From: Patescibacteria group bacterium
Lineage (GTDB): Bacteria > Patescibacteriota > Microgenomatia > UBA8517 > UBA10165
DNA: 43,739 nucleotides
Direction of reading: 5' to 3'
Assembly: GCA_038062025.1 (NCBI GenBank)
Contig: JBBTXW010000014.1
Span: forward strand, 1-43,739
The number at the start of each line of letters is the position of its first letter. Within the stretch, counting starts at the first letter, position 1. The translations under genes and the position numbers were made by a program. Below, one piece after another: positions 9,216 through 16,038 of this stretch. Under the pieces are notes generated by a model. It had not been told where the DNA came from and searched no databases. It saw only the letters and a list, made by a program, of their open reading frames with translations.

Positions 9216-9446
9216 TTACTGGGTTACTTTCTGTGCTAGTTTCTGCACAGAATCTGCCGGTTGTGCTCCTTTTTTGATCCATTCAGCGTAGGCTATCATA
9301 TCAAGGGAAAGCTTGTTCTCACGAGGATCCCAAAAGCCCAAGTTGGCGACAATTTTGCCGTCTCGCTTTGAGCGTTGAGGGCCAACGACGATTCTATATT
9401 TTCTGTCATGCTTTTTGCCTGTTTGCGAAAGTCTGATTCTTAACAT
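9216..9446 (-). CDS. rpsP: 30S ribosomal protein S16
   Basis: MLRIRLSQTGKKHDRKYRIVV..RDGK..LGFWDP..WIKKGAQP; ATG 7 nt after TGcTACAAT. Confidence 0.95.
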   Translation of the reverse strand: MLRIRLSQTGKKHDRKYRIVVGPQRSKRDGKIVANLGFWDPRENKLSLDMIAYAEWIKKGAQPADSVQKLAQKVTQ

Positions 9447-9482
9447 GTGTGTAATTGTAGCATCTTGTGCTTGCTGGGACAA

Positions 9483-9540
9483 CACTCCTGAGGTGTAAGT
9501 AGAATTCCACCTCGGAGGTGGAATAGCTTTGTACGTCGGG
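9483..9540 (+). repeat. REP family A copy
   Basis: CACTCCTGAGGTGTAAGTAGAA-TTCCACCTCGGAGGTGGAA-TAGCTTTGTACGTCGGG. Confidence 0.88.
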
Positions 9541-9688
9541 TATGGAGGCTTAGACTGCGAGAGCACCTCAGCCACTTTCTTGCCTACCACTTTTTCCTCC
9601 TTGTGCTACTCATGCCCAATTTGAGCCTGAGAACTCGTTATTGAGTAATGTATAAGAAGTATATCACACTATGAGCCTTGTAGTCAAG

Positions 9689-10381
9689 TTATTTTTGCTT
9701 TTCCCAGGCTTGTAGAGCTTTTGCCGCGGCGTCTTGGGTTGCGGATTTTTTGCTTGAGCCCATTCCCCGCCCAAGGGCTTTTTTGTCTACCCAAACCTCT
9801 ATTGTGAACTCCTTGGCATGGTCTGGGCCGACTTCAGAGACAACCTTATATTGCGGAGCCGGCAGGCCTTTGGCTTGGACGTATTCTTGAAGTAGGCTTT
9901 TTGGGTCTTTTAGAGATTCTTTTACTGTTTCTGGAAGCTTTGAGAGGATAAAGTTGTCTACAAATTCTTTTGCTTTGTCCATTCCTTGATCAAGGAATAA
10001 TGCTCCTAATAAAGCCTCAACCGTATTTGCAAGGAGACCTGTGTTTAACCTTCCCCCACTTTGTTCTTCACCGCGGGAAAGATAAAGCGCAACGCCCAGA
10101 TTAAGCGCCCGAGCAGTTTGTGCCAATGAGGTTGTATTCACAAGTTTTGAACGGAGCGCTGTCAAGTGCCCTTCATCTTGGTTTGGGAAATGGGCAAAAA
10201 TGTGGTTTGAGACAAGAAATTCCAAAACTGCGTCTCCTAAAAACTCGAGGCGTTCGTTTGATTCTTTCTCGTCGCGTTTTTCGTTTAGAAAAGAACGATG
10301 AACGAAGGCTCTGTGAAGGAATTCTTTATTTTTGAAGGTTATGCCGATTTTTTTCTCGATCTTTGTTTCTTTATTTTCCAT
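9689..10381 (-). CDS. rnc: Ribonuclease III
   Basis: NERLEFLGDAVL signature; C-terminal dsRBD (DPKSLLQE..GPDHAKEF). Confidence 0.97.
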   Translation of the reverse strand: MENKETKIEKKIGITFKNKEFLHRAFVHRSFLNEKRDEKESNERLEFLGDAVLEFLVSNHIFAHFPNQDEGHLTALRSKLVNTTSLAQTARALNLGVALYLSRGEEQSGGRLNTGLLANTVEALLGALFLDQGMDKAKEFVDNFILSKLPETVKESLKDPKSLLQEYVQAKGLPAPQYKVVSEVGPDHAKEFTIEVWVDKKALGRGMGSSKKSATQDAAAKALQAWEKQK

Positions 10382-10617
10382 CACTCCAATGTGTTTTCTT
10401 CTACAACGTTGATAAGTTCTCCGACAGTTAAGACTTCTTTTGCTTCATCAATTGGAACCTCGACTCCGGTTTTTTCGCGGATCACTTCTAAAATTTCTGC
10501 AATCGTACCCCCGCTTAAGCCTAAATCTTCAACCAGAAGATTTGAGTCGTCGATATCGGTTACTTCAAGGCCAAGTTTTTCTGCTAGGATTGGTTTAACA
10601 CGTTCTTTGGGAAGCAT
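10381..10617 (-). CDS. Acyl-carrier-protein-like protein with a degenerate attachment motif
   Basis: 78 aa, acidic; ERVKPILAEKLG..EDLGL..TVGELINVV; adjacent to rnc; DSL motif absent. Confidence 0.75.
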   Translation of the reverse strand: MLPKERVKPILAEKLGLEVTDIDDSNLLVEDLGLSGGTIAEILEVIREKTGVEVPIDEAKEVLTVGELINVVEENTLE

Positions 10618-10628
10618 ATAGAGAAAGG

Positions 10629-10665
10629 TATCACGAGTACCACGAGTACCACAAGTAGCACGAGC
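10629..10665. repeat. 9-nt-period tandem repeat
   Basis: TCACGAGTA CCACGAGTA CCACAAGTA GCACGAGCT between nusB and the acp-like gene. Confidence 0.8.
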
Positions 10666-11042
10666 TACTCTTTGGTTTCTTCCAGCCTTGGGTCGTCTTT
10701 AACTATTGATCCCAAAACACCATTAATAAAGCCCGGGGAATTCTCAGATCCCATTTCTTTTGCAAGCTCGACTGCCTCGTCGATTATTACTTTTATTGGT
10801 TCTGTTTTTTCAATTATAAGCTCAAAAACTGCCAGTCTCAAAATTGCCAAGTCGGTCTTGTTTAACTTATCAATTGGCCATTCGGGGGCGTTTTTGGTGA
10901 TCATAGCGTCTACTTGGGGGGCATTATTCATAACTTCTGTAGTTCTTGGGTCTACAACTTGCGCGGGGGCAAAAGTAAGAGCAAAGAGTTGACGGACAAC
11001 CATTCTGCGGCGTTGGTGGCGTGGATCGTTAGCGGCCTTCAT
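10665..11042 (-). CDS. nusB: Transcription antitermination factor NusB
   Basis: DLAILRLAVFEL..VIIDEAVELAK..FINGVLG. Confidence 0.95.
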   Translation of the reverse strand: MKAANDPRHQRRRMVVRQLFALTFAPAQVVDPRTTEVMNNAPQVDAMITKNAPEWPIDKLNKTDLAILRLAVFELIIEKTEPIKVIIDEAVELAKEMGSENSPGFINGVLGSIVKDDPRLEETKE

Positions 11043-11196
11043 TGTGATGGTACCCACAATGTGGACAAACCACATGTGGTAACTTAAATTTTTTGCATTG
11101 GGGACAAGTTACATAATTTGCAAGCTTTAGGCCTTTTTGCGCACGCCTTTTGCCGGAACGAGAACGGGTGTGTTTTTTTTTAGGAAGCGGTGCCAT
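11029..11196 (-). CDS. rpmF: 50S ribosomal protein L32 (55 aa; not in the ORF track)
   Basis: Manual translation MAPLPKKKHTRSRSGKRRAQKGLKLANYVTCPQCKKFKLPHVVCPHCGYHHNEGR; zinc-ribbon CxxC pairs. Confidence 0.93.
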   Translation of the reverse strand: MAPLPKKKHTRSRSGKRRAQKGLKLANYVTCPQCKKFKLPHVVCPHCGYHHNEGR

Positions 11197-11240
11197 ATAG
11201 GCACAAGTGTAGCATACACTTTATCTTGCCAACAAGAGTA

Positions 11241-11341
11241 AATAATCAATAACCAATTGATCAGTAACCAATAAGTAATCAATTGAGCAATTGATTTAAT
11301 GGTTAATTTAATGATTATTGATTAAGTGATTATTGGTTATT
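11241..11341. repeat. About 100-nt AT-rich imperfect inverted repeat built from 7-8-nt units
   Basis: AATAATC AATAACC AATTGATC AGTAACC ... GATTATT GATTAAGT GATTATT GGTTATT. Confidence 0.75.
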
Positions 11342-11342
11342 C

Positions 11343-13421
11343 CTAGTTCGGTACTACGAAGTCCTCCTTTTGCACTATTTTTTCCAGTTGGGGATATTTG
11401 TGGAGTTCACCGACCACCCCTTCTGCGGCAGAGCGTGCCGTTTTTATTAATTCGTGATCTGCAAACGAGGCAATTTTAAGTTCCGGATATCCATGCTGTG
11501 CGGTTCCATAGATTTCCCCTGGCCCTCTTATATCAAGATCGATTTGGGCCAACTCTTTTCCTGAGAGCGAGCGCTCAAGACTTTTTAAGCGGCGCAAAAC
11601 TTGTGGGTTTCTAGAGTCTGAAAAGAGTAAACAATAGGATTGTTTTGTTCCGCGACCAACACGACCTCGAAGTTGGTGAAGTTGTGCAAGCCCGAAGCGC
11701 TCAGACCCTTCAATCATCATGATTGTTGCATTTGGAAAGTCTATTCCTACCTCAACAACTGGGGTTGCAACAAGAATATCTATCACACCTTTCTTCATTT
11801 TGTCCATAATATCTTGTTTTTCCTTGCTTTTTATCCTTCCATGTAGAAGTCCTAGCCGCAGGTCGGGGAAAACTTCTTTTTGCAGTTTTTCAAATTCTGC
11901 GCTTGCTGCTTTTACAGATTTCATAGTTTCTTTTTGCGACTCTTCGATTAATGGGCAAACTATGAATGCCTGCTCATCTGTGCCTTTCACGCGATCATGA
12001 ATCCACTGGTAAGCTGAGTCTCTTTTCCGCGGCGGAACGACCCATGTTTTTATTTTTTGTCTTCCTGCGGGAAGCTCGTCGAGCGTGGATAAATCTAGAT
12101 CGCCATATGCTGTTAAAGCTATAGTACGTGGGATTGGGGTTGCTGTCATTGTGAGGATGTGGGGAGATTTGCCCTCGGTTTTGTGTTCACTCAATAGTGC
12201 GCGTTGTCTTACGCCGAATCTGTGTTGTTCGTCGATGACAACAAGACCAAGCTGTTTAAAAAGAGTGTTTGACTTTGGGTGAACGAGAGCGTGAGTGCCA
12301 GCAACGACGTCGTAGCTTCGCAAGGTCTCTCCTTGCGAAGCTGAGCGGGTTTCGCTTGTTATAAGGGCCACTTTTATATTGTGGGGTTTAAGGAGTGTGC
12401 GTAGAGTATTGAAATGCTGGTTTGCAAGGATTTGTGTTGGGGCCATGATTGCTGATTGATAACCGTTGAGGGATGTTACGAAACATGCTAAAGCTGCAAC
12501 CACAGTTTTTCCGGAGCCAACATCCCCCTCTAGTAGTCGATTCATGGGTTCGGATTGGCCGAGATCTTTTAAGATTTCTCGTGAGGCTCTTTTTTGGGAA
12601 TCTGTTAAAGAGAAAGGAAGAGTTTGTGTGAAGTTTAAGATTTTTTCCGAATCCACCAAGAAAGGTTGGGCGGTCTTTTTTTGTTTCCACTCTTTTTTTC
12701 TGACTAAACTTTTCAGCTGAAGTTCAAAAAGTTCGTCAAATGCCAAGCGGCGCTTTGCAAGATTTGCGTCTTCAAGGTTTTTGGGAAAATGTGCTTTATT
12801 TAAGGCAGCTTTTAGGGGAATAAGGGTGTATTTTTGTAAAATTGTGTGTGGGAGCGGGTCATTAAGATTGTCTATTGCTTGTGGGAGTATATGTGAAATA
12901 CGTGAACGTAACCATTTTGAGGATAACCCGTCTGTTTCGGGGTAGACGGGGACAAGACGGCCGGTGTGGATGGTTTGGGGGTTGGCGTTTGGCGTTTGGT
13001 TATTGGATTTCTGACCATTTGCTACCTTCTCGTACTGTGGAGAAACTAGCGTTTTCTTTCTTCCATACTGCCCCACTGTTCCCGAGAGCGATACATGTGT
13101 TCCCTCAGGGAGTGTGCGGACAATGAATGGTTGGTTAAACCAGATAATTTCAATTTCATCTTGGCCGTCTGAGAGAACGGCAGTTTGGATTTGTTTTCGG
13201 GATCTTGTAAAGATATTTTTAATCGAGGTTATTTGTCCCTGGATTGTTACCTTTTCTCCGGGTTGCAAGAGGGAGATTGGAGAAATATCCGAAAAGTCTT
13301 GGTACCTTGTAGGAATGTGATACAAAAGATCTTTTACAGTTTCAACGCCAACCTTTTTGAGTTTGAATGTATAGTAGCTGCCGATTCCGGGGAGCGAAGA
13401 AATTGGTGTGTCTGGGTTCAC
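11343..13421 (-). CDS. recG: ATP-dependent DNA helicase RecG
   Basis: MNRLLEGDVGSGKT, VIDEQHRFG, MTATPIPRT, QLHQLRGRVGRG; GTG start 6 nt after TGcTATACT. Confidence 0.97.
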   Translation of the reverse strand: MNPDTPISSLPGIGSYYTFKLKKVGVETVKDLLYHIPTRYQDFSDISPISLLQPGEKVTIQGQITSIKNIFTRSRKQIQTAVLSDGQDEIEIIWFNQPFIVRTLPEGTHVSLSGTVGQYGRKKTLVSPQYEKVANGQKSNNQTPNANPQTIHTGRLVPVYPETDGLSSKWLRSRISHILPQAIDNLNDPLPHTILQKYTLIPLKAALNKAHFPKNLEDANLAKRRLAFDELFELQLKSLVRKKEWKQKKTAQPFLVDSEKILNFTQTLPFSLTDSQKRASREILKDLGQSEPMNRLLEGDVGSGKTVVAALACFVTSLNGYQSAIMAPTQILANQHFNTLRTLLKPHNIKVALITSETRSASQGETLRSYDVVAGTHALVHPKSNTLFKQLGLVVIDEQHRFGVRQRALLSEHKTEGKSPHILTMTATPIPRTIALTAYGDLDLSTLDELPAGRQKIKTWVVPPRKRDSAYQWIHDRVKGTDEQAFIVCPLIEESQKETMKSVKAASAEFEKLQKEVFPDLRLGLLHGRIKSKEKQDIMDKMKKGVIDILVATPVVEVGIDFPNATIMMIEGSERFGLAQLHQLRGRVGRGTKQSYCLLFSDSRNPQVLRRLKSLERSLSGKELAQIDLDIRGPGEIYGTAQHGYPELKIASFADHELIKTARSAAEGVVGELHKYPQLEKIVQKEDFVVPN
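12314..12342. repeat. Perfect 12-bp-stem palindrome inside recG (family C)
   Basis: AGCTTCGCAAGG-TCTCT-CCTTGCGAAGCT; related copy at 30053-30080. Confidence 0.8.
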
Positions 13422-13511
13422 GACGAAAGTATAGCACCCAAGGCGGATCAAGCTCTCATGTCTTTTTGAGACTGGCGATCAGCCTTGGGTATTAAGATGT
13501 GTACTGCGGGG

Positions 13512-13820
13512 TTACTTTTCCAGCTCGTACAAGCTAGTTGTATTGTTGAAAGTGTATCCGTTTTCGCGGATTATCTCCTGCATTTGGGCGTACATTGCGG
13601 CGACAAAAATCTCCTCAACCGCGGATTTTGCACCCCAATCTTGTGCGTCGTCGATGTCTAGACGAAAGATCGCTGTGATGCCAGGGAGCAGACGAAACTG
13701 CTCTTTCATGGATAGTTCACAAAGTGTCTGGAGAGCTTCGCTTATGGCGGTTTCGGAAAAGCTTTTTCCCCCGTTTTCCGATGCGGCGATAAAGATCGCC
13801 TCTAGGATTATGTCGACCAC
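13512..13820 (-). CDS. Hypothetical protein
   Basis: 102-aa ORF; AAGGAG Shine-Dalgarno before GTG; TATAAT upstream. Confidence 0.6.
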   Translation of the reverse strand: MVDIILEAIFIAASENGGKSFSETAISEALQTLCELSMKEQFRLLPGITAIFRLDIDDAQDWGAKSAVEEIFVAAMYAQMQEIIRENGYTFNNTTSLYELEK

Positions 13821-13880
13821 TTTTTTCTCCTTTTGTGCGAGTCTGGAATGGATACCAGTTAACCTATTATACCTATGGGT

Positions 13881-13988
13881 TTAAAAAATGTACAGTAATG
13901 GGGCAAGGAGCGAGCTTAATAATAGAAACAGTCCGGAGATAATTGCGAGGATTTTTAAGAAGCGCTTTGTGTTTTTGGAAAGATTCAT
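13881..13988 (-). CDS. Small single-TM membrane protein (35 aa; not in the ORF track)
   Basis: MNLSKNTKRFLKILAIISGLFLLLSSLLAPLLYIF: basic N-terminus plus hydrophobic helix. Confidence 0.65.
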   Translation of the reverse strand: MNLSKNTKRFLKILAIISGLFLLLSSLLAPLLYIF

Positions 13989-13995
13989 GATTGGC

Positions 13996-14041
13996 GCAGA
14001 CTGAAGTCTGCTACTACATGTAATAGCGAAATTTATTTCGC
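13996..14041. repeat. REP family B doublet overlapping the tyrS stop
   Basis: (-) GTAGTA GCAGAC TTCA GTCTGC and (+) GTAATA GCGAAA TTTA TTTCGC. Confidence 0.85.
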
Positions 14042-15217
14042 GCTGGATTCAATGCGCAAGAATCTATGTTTCCCGACCCTTAATGTGCCCCCAGAGTTCA
14101 CAGCTATTTCCGTTTTATCAATCTTTTCTCCATTCCACTCCAAGCCTCCTTGTTCCAGCAGGCGGCGGGCTTCAGATCTGCTTTTCAGCGTTCCAGTGTT
14201 TGTTAACACATCTATTACATTTACCGTTTCACTTTTTACGTTTACCGTTTCTATATTTTTTGGGGTTTCGCCTTTTTGAAAAACTTCTTCAAACTCTTCT
14301 TTTGCCTTTTCTGCTTCGTTCTGGCTATGATAGAGTTTTACGATTTCCCATGCCAATTTTTTCTTTGCTTCCATTGGATGTAGTTCTCCTGTTTTTATTG
14401 ACTCGATTACGTTTGCTAATTCTTGCTCGTTGTGTGTTGTGGCCAAATCAAAGTATCGTGGAATAAGATCATCTTTCAAACTCATGATTTTCCCGAACAT
14501 TACTGTGGGATTGTCTGTTATGGCAATGAAGTTATTGAATGACTTGCTCATTTTTCTTCCATCTAGACCTTCGAGCAGCGGGACTGTTATGACAAACTTG
14601 TCCTTTTGTCGGAGTGAGCGCATTAAAGTTCTGCCGATAAGCATATTAAAAGTTTGGTCTGTTCCACCGATTTCAATGTCTACGGACATATATACGGAAT
14701 CATACCCCTGTATTAGTGGATAAAGGAATTCGTGGAGATGAATTGGCTTTTGCTCTTTAAGACGTTTTTGGAAAAAATCACGTTCAAGTAATTGCTGTAC
14801 GGTTAGGTTTGAGGAAAGTTCTATTACGTCCGAGAAAGTTAAAGGAGAAAGCCATTCGCTGTTAAATTTAAGCTCTGCAGGATTTTCTCCTTCAAAGCGA
14901 ATTATTTTACCGATCTGCTCTTTGTAAGATTGCGCGTTTTCTAAAACTTGCTCTTTTGTTAATTTCACCCTTGCTGCTGACCGGTCTGTGGGGTCCCCAA
15001 TCATGCCTGTGAAATCTCCTACAAGAAGTATTACTTTATGTCCCGCGTCTTGAAATTCTTTCAGTTTCCACAAAACCACCGCATGTCCTATGTGAAGAAA
15101 GGGGCTGGATGGGTCTATGCCTAAGTAAATTTTTACAGACCCTTTTGCCAACCGTTCTTCTAATTGCTTTTTTGTAGGTAGAACATTTGCAACTCGTCTT
15201 GTTAATAAATTTGTCAT
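14033..15217 (-). CDS. tyrS: Tyrosine--tRNA ligase
   Basis: HIGH and KMSKS motifs, GGTDQTFN, C-terminal S4 domain. Confidence 0.97.
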   Translation of the reverse strand: MTNLLTRRVANVLPTKKQLEERLAKGSVKIYLGIDPSSPFLHIGHAVVLWKLKEFQDAGHKVILLVGDFTGMIGDPTDRSAARVKLTKEQVLENAQSYKEQIGKIIRFEGENPAELKFNSEWLSPLTFSDVIELSSNLTVQQLLERDFFQKRLKEQKPIHLHEFLYPLIQGYDSVYMSVDIEIGGTDQTFNMLIGRTLMRSLRQKDKFVITVPLLEGLDGRKMSKSFNNFIAITDNPTVMFGKIMSLKDDLIPRYFDLATTHNEQELANVIESIKTGELHPMEAKKKLAWEIVKLYHSQNEAEKAKEEFEEVFQKGETPKNIETVNVKSETVNVIDVLTNTGTLKSRSEARRLLEQGGLEWNGEKIDKTEIAVNSGGTLRVGKHRFLRIESSAK

Positions 15218-15280
15218 TTGTGTATAAGTTTACGTCTTGGGACTTTTTGTTTCAAGGAATCATTACTAAAATTATTTGGA

Positions 15281-15309
15281 TTCTACCGTTCTACCTAGAG
15301 CGGAGGGAA
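15281..15309. repeat. Palindrome downstream of the TrpR-like gene
   Basis: TTCTACCGTTCTA-CC-TAGAGCGGAGGGAA; direct repeat of 15892-15919. Confidence 0.75.
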
Positions 15310-15872
15310 CTATCGGCTTTTCTTGTTTTTTGCAATTTTTGTTTGAAAAGCTTTTTCTCGGTAGTGCTGGTCAAAACTCTCTTGGTATGTTCTATCCATA
15401 ACAGCCTTGTATCCCATTTTATCAATGAATTTTTTTATTTCTTTATCTTCCATGTTTGATTCAAGATATTGGAAGTAATCCCACAAGATTTGTGGAGTTC
15501 TTAAGCGAGCTGGTAGCGTATGAACCTTAAATTTTGGCGGTGCTTTTCTTTTTGGCAGACGCGAGATTACTTTTCTTAAGCCCTCTCCTCCATCTTCCAA
15601 CCACCTTTGTTTGATATTAAACTAAACCCACAATGATAATCTTCGATTATTTGTTCATGTTTTGCGCCAGATAATAACTCTTTTGCAATACGCAGTCTTT
15701 TTCCAAGATTTGTAAACTCTTTCTCTGTAAGAATATCTTGAAGCAATAAAGCTGCCTCTGTTGGATTCTTTACAAGACCAAAGGCATTTACCAAGTCAAA
15801 AGTAATATCTGCTTTTAGATAGCTTGGTGTTTTATCTACCCTTTTCTCTGGCGGAAGATATGTTCTCCCCAT
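15310..15872 (-). pseudogene. TrpR/YerC-YecD-like HTH protein split by a frameshift near 15604-15612
   Basis: LLQDILTEKEFTNLGKRLRIAKELL, then the helix continues in another frame as WLEDGGEGLRKVISRL; two overlapping ORFs in the track. Confidence 0.7.
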
Positions 15873-15891
15873 AAAATCATAGTATCATGTT

Positions 15892-15919
15892 TTCTACCAC
15901 TCTACCTAGAACGGTAGAA
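15892..15919. promoter_or_regulatory. Palindrome over the -35 region of the TrpR-like gene (candidate operator or REP)
   Basis: TTCTACCACTCTA-CC-TAGAACGGTAGAA, just upstream of the extended -10 TGaTACTAT (15887-15879). Confidence 0.6.
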
Positions 15920-16038
15920 AATCGAAGCTGGATTACTCTAAATTTGTGTGGTTTTTGGCTTATATGAATAGACAAATAGAGGGGCTTCTTATTATGGTGA
16001 GGAAGGTTTTGTGATATTTTGCTATACTTTTAAAACTC

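Noticed and set aside
11029-11196. Possible frameshift in rpmF, or rpmF-nusB fusion suggested by the long nusB ORF
   Set aside because: Careful reading gives TGT CCC CAA TGC (CPQC) and an intact 55-aa L32; nusB starts at 11042
15218-15310. T-box upstream of tyrS
   Set aside because: No TGGNACC antiterminator; the promoter lies 9 nt from the ATG, leaving no leader
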